Source: Candidatus Woesearchaeota archaeon (lineage in GTDB: Archaea > Nanobdellota > Nanobdellia > Woesearchaeales > GW2011-AR4). From it: a stretch of 64,000 nt of DNA. The stretch is taken from NCBI GenBank assembly GCA_016181305.1, contig JACOZN010000005.1, positions 1-64,000 on the forward strand, read 5' to 3'. Positions 48,543-56,712 of this stretch are shown here, in pieces. Under the pieces are notes generated by a model. The model saw nothing but the letters and a program-made list of their open reading frames with translations, was not told the origin of the DNA and ran no database searches. Position 1 is the stretch's first letter; every line of letters starts with the position of its first letter. The position numbers and the translations under genes were made by a program.

Positions 48543-49649
48543 ATGGTAAGCGTCTGCTTTTATTTCCAGGTTCACCAGCCGCCGAGGCTGAGGAAGTACT
48601 CTGTATTCGAGATTGGGCACCACAACAATTACTTTGACGAGCGCAAGAACGAGGCGATAATTAAAAAGGTAGCCCACAAATCCTACCTGCCTGCAAACAG
48701 AGTTGTTCTTGACCTTATAAACAAAACCGACGGAAAGTTCAGGGTTGCATACAGCATGACGGGCATTGTTCTCGAGCAGCTTGAAAGATTTGCGCCTGAA
48801 GTTATCGACAGCTTCAGGGAGCTTGTTAAAACAGGCTGCGTTGAAATCCTTGATGAGACTTACCACCACACGCTTTCATACCTCTACTCGAAAGAGGACT
48901 TCAGGGAGCAGGTTTTGCTGCACAACAGGAAGATAAGGCAGATGTTCAGCTTCAAGCCAAAGGTTTTCAGGAACACGGAGCTTGTTTATAATAATGACAT
49001 TGCGGAATTTATCGGGAAAATGGGCTACAAGGGCATCCTGGCAGAAGGCGCTGACCATATTTTGGGATGGAGAAGCCCGAATTTCGTGTACAGGCCAAAG
49101 GGATTGAATAACATAAAGTTGCTTTTGAAAAATTATCGCTTGTCGGATGACATTGCATTCAGGTTCTCTGAAAAGAGCTGGGAAGAGTTCCCGTTAACCG
49201 CTCCAAAATACGCGCAATGGATAAACAAAATCAACGGCAACGGCAATGTTGTCAATCTGTTCATGGACTATGAAACCTTTGGCGAGCACCAGTGGGAGGA
49301 TGCGGTTGCAGAGCTTGATTTCCCGCATTATGTGAGCTGGGCTGACATTGAGAGGGACCTGAGCGCATGGCTGGGCAACAGGATGCAGCAGGAAGCAATA
49401 AGCCAAGTCTACAATTTGGAGCCTCATGTGAAATTGTCAAAAAATCCAGCCTTGCTTGACGAGTGGAGAAAGCTGCAGACCAGCGACCATTTCTACTACA
49501 TGTGCACCAAGTGGTTCAATGACGGCGACGTGCACAAATACTTCAACCCCTATGACAGCCCTTATGAGGCTTTCATCACTTACATGAACATTTTGAACGA
49601 CTTCAGGATGAAGGCGAATAAGCTGGGCGAGGTTAAGGTGGTGGAATAA
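48543..49649 (+). CDS. Glycoside hydrolase family 57 alpha-amylase (apparent in-frame internal deletion near 49300)
   Basis: FQVHQP, ETYHH, FRNTEL, MDYETFGEHQW, SWAD.ERDLSAWLGN, QTSDHFYYM. Confidence 0.92.
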   Translation: MVSVCFYFQVHQPPRLRKYSVFEIGHHNNYFDERKNEAIIKKVAHKSYLPANRVVLDLINKTDGKFRVAYSMTGIVLEQLERFAPEVIDSFRELVKTGCVEILDETYHHTLSYLYSKEDFREQVLLHNRKIRQMFSFKPKVFRNTELVYNNDIAEFIGKMGYKGILAEGADHILGWRSPNFVYRPKGLNNIKLLLKNYRLSDDIAFRFSEKSWEEFPLTAPKYAQWINKINGNGNVVNLFMDYETFGEHQWEDAVAELDFPHYVSWADIERDLSAWLGNRMQQEAISQVYNLEPHVKLSKNPALLDEWRKLQTSDHFYYMCTKWFNDGDVHKYFNPYDSPYEAFITYMNILNDFRMKANKLGEVKVVE

Positions 49650-49656
49650 TCATTTT

Positions 49657-50237
49657 ATGAAAATAACCTCTTTAGAAGCTGCAGTTAAAAGTGGAATAAG
49701 CAAAAATCTCATATTCAAAAAAATTGCAGGATTAGAAAGAGAATTCTTTCCGAATTACCCGTATAATATAAATGGCATTAAAAAATCCCATAAATTAAGC
49801 AATGGGTGCACATTGATTGCATTTGACAAAGGCAATGTTATTGGTTACCTAATACCGCTATTCTTTAAAAGCAAGGATTATCTTCAGATATTAACAATTG
49901 CAGTTGATAAAAAGCATCATAAAAAAGGCTATGGAACTGAATTGATTAAAAAATGTGAGCGGATTGCACGTTCTTTAAAATTGAAAAGTGTGATATTGAG
50001 GGCAGATGTTTCGTATCCGATATTAAAAACATTAAAAAATTAAAATATCGCCCTATGCAAACTATGGACATTAATAATTTTACAAAAGAAGGGATATTCA
50101 GCCCTAAAGACGATATTAAAAAAGAGATTTTTAAATCAAAAATATCTGCTTTATTTCCAAAAGCATATATTATAACCAAGGACATAGGCAAGAAGAGCCA
50201 TTATTCCTTTATTCCAATGATTAAAAATATAAAATAA
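49657..50237 (+). pseudogene. GNAT acetyltransferase-like gene split at an A6 tract (50034-50039)
   Basis: IAVDKKHHKKGYGTEL motif A; adding one A fuses 49657-50043 with 50055-50237 (LKKLKYRPMQ). Confidence 0.6.
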
Positions 50238-50313
50238 TATGCCCAAAAATTATGCGTAAGAACGAAGGCTAAGTTTTCGGTTTAAAGTGAGGCGAAAATT
50301 AGAAACGGAGCTT

Positions 50314-50565
50314 TTAGTGCGAAGAAGGATAGTAAAACTGTTCATCTCCATAAAGAAAACCTTTAGTTCTAGCTTGAATTAAACCTCTCTGTTCTGCTTC
50401 TGTAATAGCATCTCTTGCATCTTTTAAACCTAAAGGATTTTTGCTATCATGTTTTAATCTGGTTTGTTTTGTAAGTTCGAAAAGGTTAAATTCACCAGGT
50501 TTTTCATTTACTAAACCAACAACATATCCTAAATTCCTTTCCAAAGGACTAACTGTTTCGCTCAT
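50314..50565 (-). CDS. Small hypothetical protein (winged-helix-like)
   Basis: 83-aa ATG ORF, AT-rich. Confidence 0.55.
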   Translation of the reverse strand: MSETVSPLERNLGYVVGLVNEKPGEFNLFELTKQTRLKHDSKNPLGLKDARDAITEAEQRGLIQARTKGFLYGDEQFYYPSSH

Positions 50566-50652
50566 ATCAATTGTTATTACTGAATAGTTTATAAAACTTT
50601 CGTTTTTGCCACACTTTTCAACCCTTTAGTTTCTCGAAGATAACCTTTAGGA

Positions 50653-50766
50653 AAAAATTCCAACAACTTGGCGAGACGAGGCGGGGGTTGTCCCTTACGG
50701 GGTGCCGAGTAGGGCAAAATCGCAGAGATTTTGACCGTCGAAGCCATAGTTGTTGTTGGAATTTTT
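50653..50766. repeat. 114-bp attC-like palindromic element with perfect 15-bp terminal inverted repeats
   Basis: AAAAATTCCAACAAC ... GTTGTTGGAATTTTT, inner TGGC..GACG/CGTC..GCCA arms. Confidence 0.7.
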
Positions 50767-50820
50767 GTTTTAATTCTACAAACCAAAACCTTTATATACT
50801 AGGTATACTTTAGGTATACC

Positions 50821-51039
50821 ATGAGGGCAATAACAACAATAAAGCTCCAGAAAAGCACGAAATCGGAATTAAACCATCTCAAGCTCAAGTCTGAAAGCTA
50901 TAATTCTGCGATAAAAAGGCTGATTTCTGATGCAAGGAATTCAAACTTAAAGGCAGAGCTTATTGGGGCTTACAAGTGCATGGGCAAAAAAGATTTAGAG
51001 TTCCTTGAAGAGTGGGAGCCTGCATCCAATGAAGTATAA
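50821..51039 (+). CDS. Putative antitoxin (RHH-like)
   Basis: TTIKL....K..L..LK...ESY...I.RLI pattern; overlaps the toxin start. Confidence 0.75.
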   Translation: MRAITTIKLQKSTKSELNHLKLKSESYNSAIKRLISDARNSNLKAELIGAYKCMGKKDLEFLEEWEPASNEV

Positions 51040-51395
51040 TGGCTGAGGTAAAAAGAGGCGACATCTGGCTGGTTAATCTGGACCCAACCATAGGGCATGA
51101 AATCAGGAAATCAAGGCCTGCTGTCATAATCCAAAATGATTTGGGAAACAAATACAGCCCCATAACCATTATAGCGCCGATTACTTCACAAAACATAGAA
51201 AAAACCTATCCCATAGAGGTTGTTTTGGACAGAAAAAACTCTGGCTTGGAAAAGGTTTCAAAGGTCCTTCTCAACCAAATAAGAGCCATAGACAAAAGAA
51301 GGCTGATAAGAAAACTGGGCAGGGTTGATTACGAAACGATGGCAAAGGTAGAAAATTCGATAAAGATTAGTTTAGGGCTTGTAAAAACGGAGTGA
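51039..51395 (+). CDS. mazF: MazF/PemK-family endoribonuclease toxin
   Basis: KRGDIWLVNLDP.IGHEI.K.RPAVIIQND, IAPITS, NQIRAIDK.RL. Confidence 0.93.
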   Translation: MAEVKRGDIWLVNLDPTIGHEIRKSRPAVIIQNDLGNKYSPITIIAPITSQNIEKTYPIEVVLDRKNSGLEKVSKVLLNQIRAIDKRRLIRKLGRVDYETMAKVENSIKISLGLVKTE

Positions 51396-51445
51396 TAATT
51401 TTTAAACCGCAAATCATCGAAAATTAAAAATGTGAATTTCCATAA

Positions 51446-52216
51446 TTAAAGCCATTGCCACAAATCTCCAAGCACAAGGAAGTTGCCAATTTCTTTTGTT
51501 TGGGGCAAATGCCTCTGAGCTTTTTCTAAATGACGTTTAGAACTTTCTTGAATTCTTTTTAAATCAAATCGTTTATCATCAAGCATTTGTTGAACTTCTT
51601 CTGTTGTATACTCATGCTCTCTTATGTTAGACCACTCAGGTTTATAATATTCCGTCGGAGATACTCCCTGCGAACCAGCACTTAGAATCACTCTTGCTTT
51701 TAACGAGTCTCCGTTTAAAAATTTTATAAATCTTCCTGGAGTTTCCCTATCTATTGGGTCTATCCCTACTGCCAAATAGTCTATTCTTACCGCCAAAGGA
51801 TTGTCATTAGGAGGTAATTTATATATAAAAAATCTGTCTATTGTTCTTTCATCCCTGTACTCATAGCCTTCTCTATGTTCTATATGTATACCACGCTTAT
51901 CATATTCTCTTGCTCCTTCAAAACCGAATGCGTAACTACTAAAACAAGAATGTAAATCATCTAATAATTCATTACTGAAAGGGAACGGACCATACTCTGT
52001 CGGTTTTAGAATAAGCGGCTCTTTTGTGGTAGCTTCTCTGACATATTGTACACAACCAATGACACCTTGAAAATTTGGCTCATTAACTCTAGAAACAACA
52101 GTAAATTCAGGATTGAATGGAGGAACTATGAGCCCTTCTGTAATTGAATTCTTGGAATTATCTCCACCTTTTAATCTCCCTTCTTGTTGAAGTCGTGTTA
52201 ATAATGTTAGTGTCAT
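51446..52216 (-). CDS. Hypothetical protein (AT-rich)
   Basis: 256-aa ORF with no recognised motif. Confidence 0.65.
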   Translation of the reverse strand: MTLTLLTRLQQEGRLKGGDNSKNSITEGLIVPPFNPEFTVVSRVNEPNFQGVIGCVQYVREATTKEPLILKPTEYGPFPFSNELLDDLHSCFSSYAFGFEGAREYDKRGIHIEHREGYEYRDERTIDRFFIYKLPPNDNPLAVRIDYLAVGIDPIDRETPGRFIKFLNGDSLKARVILSAGSQGVSPTEYYKPEWSNIREHEYTTEEVQQMLDDKRFDLKRIQESSKRHLEKAQRHLPQTKEIGNFLVLGDLWQWL

Positions 52217-52357
52217 TTTGAATTAACCTTTAATACAAGTACGGAAATTAGTTATTTATTTAAATCTTTTGTTTTGTTACTACTAATCGATTATTATCAA
52301 ACAAAACCGCAAATTATAAATATACCAAACAACATAAATCTTAAAAAGAGTGATATA

Positions 52358-52705
52358 ATGGCAAAAAAAAGAGGCAAGACATTTGGTAAAGCTAGTTCTA
52401 AGAAGCCACTGCAGTCTGTGGAGGTTATAATAAGAAAGAAGATTCTCGGGGAGGCTCCTGTGGAGCACCATTTTGTTGTAGCAGACGGAAGGAAAATAAA
52501 AAATATAATTGAACTTGCAGACGCGCTTGAGACAATGAGCGAGGAGATATTCAGGCACCATGCCAACGAGTTCAAGAACGACTTCAGCTCATGGGTTAAG
52601 GATGTCTTTTATGACCACAGCCTTGCAGAGGACATTTCAAGGGCCAAGAACAGGCTGGAAACCCAGATTGCAGTTTTAAGAAGGCTGGTAAAGGAGCTGA
52701 TGTAA
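52358..52705 (+). CDS. DUF5752-like protein
   Basis: F....G..I.N..EL..AL..M....F.HH....KNDFSSWV.DV motif. Confidence 0.75.
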   Translation: MAKKRGKTFGKASSKKPLQSVEVIIRKKILGEAPVEHHFVVADGRKIKNIIELADALETMSEEIFRHHANEFKNDFSSWVKDVFYDHSLAEDISRAKNRLETQIAVLRRLVKELM

Positions 52706-52706
52706 C

Positions 52707-53006
52707 ATGGTGACAAAAGACGAGGCAAAAAGATACCTGTGCGATGCAGCCCCTGAGCAGTGCTTTTGGATTAATAACGGCCCCATATTGAAAAACATGG
52801 AAGAGCTGGCAAATGCGCTGCCGGACATGGCAGAAGACACCTTCAGGCACCATGTAAACGATGAAAAGAACGACTTCAGCAGCTGGGTCAGGGATGTCAT
52901 AGGCGACCAGAAGCTCGCAAACGAGCTGGCAAGCGCGAAAAACAGGGACTCTGCCCTGAAAAAAATAAGGAACAGGCTTAATTCTTTGAGGAAGAAGGCT
53001 GGCTAG
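52707..53006 (+). CDS. DUF5752-like protein (paralog)
   Basis: Same motif: FWINNGP.LKN.EEL...F.HHVN..KNDFSSWVRDV. Confidence 0.75.
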   Translation: MVTKDEAKRYLCDAAPEQCFWINNGPILKNMEELANALPDMAEDTFRHHVNDEKNDFSSWVRDVIGDQKLANELASAKNRDSALKKIRNRLNSLRKKAG

Positions 53007-53103
53007 GGTTTTTACTCGTTATTTTCCGATACCTTTAAATACTACCCTCGGATATCCAGCCGAGCTAATGCGCTTGGCAACAACAAGGTTTCTGAGGTAA
53101 AAA

Positions 53104-53217
53104 ATGGAAGGTGAAGAGCAAAGGGAATGCCCGAGTTGCGGCACCATACTTGAGGAAGGCGAGCTTGAGTGCCCCTCATGCGGGGAAAACTTTGTTGATG
53201 ATGACGAGCCGCTTTAA
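53104..53217 (+). CDS. 37-aa C4 zinc-ribbon microprotein
   Basis: ECPSCGTILEEGELECPSCGENF; GAGGT SD upstream. Confidence 0.7.
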   Translation: MEGEEQRECPSCGTILEEGELECPSCGENFVDDDEPL

Positions 53218-53320
53218 AGCACTTTCATGGGGTGAGCCAAATGAGGACATTTTACAGCAGATGGGATGAAGAAGACGGCGATGACGACAATGATTCTAAC
53301 GATTCAGATTACTAGCAAGC

Positions 53321-53581
53321 ATGTCGAGTGAAATGGAAGAATACACAAAATACGAGCAGGCACGGATTATCGGAGCAAGGGCGCTGCAGATTTCTATGGG
53401 AGCTCCATTTTTGGTTAAGCTGGATGATGAAGACCTGAAGAAAATGGGCTATAACCCGATTGAGGTGGCAAAGCTTGAGTTCAGGCAGGGGCTTATACCT
53501 ATAAGGGTCAAGAGGCCGCTGCCGGGCACGATAAAAAGGGATTCCTCTGCAAAGCCGTTTGACCAGACAAAGCTGGAGTAA
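53321..53581 (+). CDS. rpoK: RNA polymerase subunit K (Rpo6)
   Basis: [21 protein letters not shown]. Confidence 0.96.
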   Translation: MSSEMEEYTKYEQARIIGARALQISMGAPFLVKLDDEDLKKMGYNPIEVAKLEFRQGLIPIRVKRPLPGTIKRDSSAKPFDQTKLE

Positions 53582-53585
53582 TTTT

Positions 53586-53834
53586 ATGGGAAGAATAAAA
53601 ACGCTGCTTTCTAAGAGAATCGCAAAAAAGCTTGTTAAGGAGCACGGCAGTGAATTCACTTCTGAGTTCAGCAAGAACAAGGCTCTTGTTGAAAAGTACA
53701 CAAACGTTGCCTCTTCAAAATTGAGGAATATCATTGCAGGCTACACAGCAAGGCTTGTAAAGCAAAAAACCATTCTTGAAAACCAGCCCAGAAGAAGGGT
53801 TCACGAAGAGGACCTGAGCAAGTATTATGAGTGA
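53586..53834 (+). CDS. rps17e: 30S ribosomal protein S17e
   Basis: MGRIKT, F..NK, SKLRNIIAGY. Confidence 0.95.
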   Translation: MGRIKTLLSKRIAKKLVKEHGSEFTSEFSKNKALVEKYTNVASSKLRNIIAGYTARLVKQKTILENQPRRRVHEEDLSKYYE

Positions 53835-53838
53835 TTGG

Positions 53839-54321
53839 TTATTTCCTGAATTTCTCTCTCAGTCTTTTCTCAACAATTGCAGGCACAAATCCATTCACCG
53901 AGCCGTTGAACATTGCGATTTCCTTCACAATGCTCGAGCTTAGGAATGCATAGTCATCCTTTGTCATCAGGAAAATTGTCTCAATGTCCTTCGCAAACTC
54001 CCTGTTGAACTGGGCTCTCTGGAACTCAAACTCAAAATCTGAAATCGCGCGCAGGCCCCTTATTATGACATTGGATTTTTTCTTCTTCACATAGTCCAGA
54101 AGCAGGCCGTTGAAGTGCTCAATCTCTATCCTGCTGTTGTACATTTTCAATGACTCCTTCAGCATTTCAACCCTTTCATCAGGGGAGAAGGTTGCTGTTT
54201 TCTGCGGGTTTTCCCCCACAAGAATATACAGCTTGTCAAACAGCTTCAAAGCCCTCTCAATAATGTCAATGTGCCCGTTGGTTACGGGATCAAATGCGCC
54301 GGGATAAACTGCGGTTTTCAT
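53839..54321 (-). CDS. coaD: Phosphopantetheine adenylyltransferase, bacterial-type
   Basis: YPGAFDPVTNGHIDI, IRGLRAISDFEFE, LSSSIVKEI. Confidence 0.96.
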   Translation of the reverse strand: MKTAVYPGAFDPVTNGHIDIIERALKLFDKLYILVGENPQKTATFSPDERVEMLKESLKMYNSRIEIEHFNGLLLDYVKKKKSNVIIRGLRAISDFEFEFQRAQFNREFAKDIETIFLMTKDDYAFLSSSIVKEIAMFNGSVNGFVPAIVEKRLREKFRK

Positions 54322-54326
54322 GATTT

Positions 54327-54917
54327 TTAACTCAATTCCGTGATGATTTTTTCGACTTGCCTTTCCAGATGCCCCAAGCCCTTGTTGTTGTCAACCACAA
54401 AATCAGCATATTTCAGCTTTTCATTTAGCGGCATCTGCGCCTTTAAAATCTTTTCTATTTGCAGCCTTGTGAATCTTTTGTTTCTTTTCAGGATGTTTTC
54501 CCTGCTGCATTTTACAACAATGACTTTGTCAACCAGATTTTTTGCCTTTGTCTCAAGCAATAAGGGCGCATCAATAATTATTTTTGCATTTTTGCCGCAT
54601 TTTTTCTGGACTTGCTTAATCTGATTTTTAATTTCTTCAATAATCGGGGAATGCATGATTGAATCCAGTTTTTTTAATTTATTTTTATCTCTGAATACTG
54701 CATTGCCTAATTTTTGCCTGGCAATATTCTTGTTTTTATCTAAAATGCGGCTTCCAAAATTCCTAACAAGCTCTTTTTGGATTCTTTTGTCTTTTTTCAG
54801 TATTTCATGCCCTATCCCGTCGGCATCAATCCTGCTGTAATGATGCCTGCTGAAAAGTTCTGCAACTGCAGTTTTCCCCGAGCCGACCGAGCCTGTGACG
54901 CCTATGATCATATTCAC
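54327..54917 (-). CDS. coaE: Dephospho-CoA kinase, bacterial-type
   Basis: IGVTGSVGSGKT, IDAD, DAPLLLE, Q.P..EK...ADFVVDN. Confidence 0.95.
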   Translation of the reverse strand: MNMIIGVTGSVGSGKTAVAELFSRHHYSRIDADGIGHEILKKDKRIQKELVRNFGSRILDKNKNIARQKLGNAVFRDKNKLKKLDSIMHSPIIEEIKNQIKQVQKKCGKNAKIIIDAPLLLETKAKNLVDKVIVVKCSRENILKRNKRFTRLQIEKILKAQMPLNEKLKYADFVVDNNKGLGHLERQVEKIITELS

Positions 54918-55696
54918 AACAAGTTTGCAAGCTTCTTTATATCCTTATTGGCAACGTGAGTGTAAATCTGGGTAGTCTGCAGGCTTGAATGCCCGAGCAG
55001 TTTCTGGATGTGCCTTATGTCCGCGCCTGCCTCCAAAAGATGGGTGGCAAAGCTGTGCCTCAAGGTGTGGGGTGTTATTTTCTTTCCGATTCCAGCCCTT
55101 TCTGCTGCATTTTTAACAATCATCTGGATTGTCCTTTTATCATACTTTTTCCCCAGGTTTGACATGAAGGCAAAGCTTTCTTTTTTAATGCCCAGGTATT
55201 CAATGAAATCCTTTAGCTTGCCATGCAGGAAGATTATTCGTTCCTTCCCGCCTTTTGCTATCTTAAGGTGAATAACATCCCTTTGAAAGTCAATGTCTTC
55301 CCATTTCAGGCTCACTATCTCGTTAAGCCTTATGCCCGTGTAATATAGAAACATCAGGACTAACCTATGCTTTAGGTTTAATGTTGCCTGAAGCATCTTG
55401 CTTATTTCCTCTTTGCTCAGGACTACTGGAAGCTTGCCTTTGTTTTTTGCAAGAGGTATTGTCTCATCGAACTTCTGCCTCAAAACATTCTCGTAAAAGA
55501 ATTTCAGCGCGAAATACACGCTCCTTATGCTGGAGCGGCTTTTATCGGCATACCCAAGCAAAAACTCCCTCGGCTGAAGCCCAGACTCAATGAACTTCCT
55601 TATTATCAATGCATAAGCCTTTTCAGTCTGCCTTGAGTGCTTCCTCAGCCTCAGCTCTTCAGACAGCTTATTAAGGTAAACATGCGCATCTTCCAT
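54914..55696 (-). CDS. Tyrosine recombinase (Xer-type, no IntI-specific insertion)
   Basis: Catalytic R (TGIRLNE), K (AKGGKER), HxxR (HTLRH), H (LLGH), Y (TQIYTH); N-terminal SAM-like domain. Confidence 0.95.
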   Translation of the reverse strand: MEDAHVYLNKLSEELRLRKHSRQTEKAYALIIRKFIESGLQPREFLLGYADKSRSSIRSVYFALKFFYENVLRQKFDETIPLAKNKGKLPVVLSKEEISKMLQATLNLKHRLVLMFLYYTGIRLNEIVSLKWEDIDFQRDVIHLKIAKGGKERIIFLHGKLKDFIEYLGIKKESFAFMSNLGKKYDKRTIQMIVKNAAERAGIGKKITPHTLRHSFATHLLEAGADIRHIQKLLGHSSLQTTQIYTHVANKDIKKLANLL

Positions 55697-55742
55697 AAAG
55701 CTAATGAATAACTATAAGTATATAAAAACTTCGCTTTAACAT

Positions 55743-55793
55743 ATCTAACACCTATTAAACAGCAATTAAAACTGCGTTTAATAGTTGTTAAAA
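55743..55793. repeat. attC-like imperfect hairpin upstream of the recombinase
   Basis: ATCTAAC-ac-CTATTAAAC[A]GCA...TGC-GTTTAATAG-tt-GTTAAAA; one extrahelical base. Confidence 0.6.
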
Positions 55794-55797
55794 TCAA

Positions 55798-55839
55798 TTA
55801 TTACTCGGGGCACACGACGAAACGGAGGGGGCACACTCA
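55798..55839 (+). repeat. Left bipartite end repeat (TTATTACTCGGGGCACACG + GGGGCACACTCA)
   Basis: Inverted copy at 59094-59172. Confidence 0.8.
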
Positions 55840-55921
55840 CTACGTTGATACGAACTTTATACATTTATTAGGAGAAATTGAGGCGAAAAGTTTATATATC
55901 TGTTGTATATACACTGGCTAT

Positions 55922-56182
55922 ATGACAACCGAAATGATTACTCTAAAGCTTGATGATATGTTCTTGAAAGAGATAGACTCTATTGTGGAGAAACAGGGTT
56001 ATCATAACAGGACAGAATTTATCAGAAATGCACTTAGAGAGAAAGTAGAAGATACAAAAATAAAGGATGCAATGATACAAATTGCCCACTTGAAGGGCGC
56101 TTCCAAGAAGAAAACAAGTGATGCAGACCTTGAGAAGATTAGGGAAAAAGTTTTCAATGAATTAGACAAAAAAGTTAGATAA
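55922..56182 (+). CDS. Ribbon-helix-helix (CopG/NikR-like) protein, putative antitoxin
   Basis: MITLKLDD.FL.EID..V...GY.NRTEFIR.ALREK. Confidence 0.88.
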   Translation: MTTEMITLKLDDMFLKEIDSIVEKQGYHNRTEFIRNALREKVEDTKIKDAMIQIAHLKGASKKKTSDADLEKIREKVFNELDKKVR

Positions 56183-56591
56183 GATCTTCTGGTTTGTGAT
56201 GTTTTGATACATCTTCCAGCTTTCTGAAATGTCTGTCTCTTGTTACAAGGATTAAGTCGTTGTCTCTTGCTATTATAACGTGCAAAGCATCTCCAGCAGG
56301 AACATCTCTTTCCTTTGCAATTTTTTTGGCTTCTTCTCGCTGTTTTTCTGTAGCAATAATCTTTTTTATAATTTTTTCAAAAGGCTTAAACATTCCATTG
56401 ATTTCTGCAACTGAATAAAGTGTCTCAAGTTCTTTTATAAGAAAATCGGTAAGCACAATAGCACTTTCTTTTGCTTTTATTTTGACAAGCAGCTTAAAGG
56501 CGTAATCGCCTAGTGGCTCATTGTTATAGCCTTTCCTATCTTCATAAAGATCAACCCAAATTGAAGTGTCTATTATGTATTCTTCTGCCAT
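56175..56591 (-). CDS. PIN-domain (VapC-like) nuclease
   Basis: YIIDTSIW, E, GDALH, LVTRDRHF motifs; ATG at 56591. Confidence 0.9.
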   Translation of the reverse strand: MAEEYIIDTSIWVDLYEDRKGYNNEPLGDYAFKLLVKIKAKESAIVLTDFLIKELETLYSVAEINGMFKPFEKIIKKIIATEKQREEAKKIAKERDVPAGDALHVIIARDNDLILVTRDRHFRKLEDVSKHHKPEDLI

Positions 56592-56712
56592 AGTAAGCAA
56601 GTGATTGTATGGGTATTTATAATTTACTAGTTCTTTGACGTGAAAAACCATAGCAAAGTTTTTATATGTACATTTAGGTTTTCGTATATGGGGTTGGTAA
56701 ATAAAGCTCAAA

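Noticed and set aside
51404-52314. 11-bp direct repeat AAACCGCAAAT flanking the 51446-52216 gene, as a target-site duplication
   Set aside because: Short, A-rich and similar to the common promoter BRE motif; insufficient evidence.
54914-55696. Calling the recombinase a canonical integron integrase (intI) or definitively xerA
   Set aside because: The IntI-specific insertion is absent, and XerA orthology cannot be established without a phylogeny, so no symbol is given.
55725-55895. AAAACTTCGC / GGCGAAAA motifs as repeated recombination sites
   Set aside because: They sit directly beside TATA boxes of the recombinase and RHH genes and are adequately explained as BRE elements.
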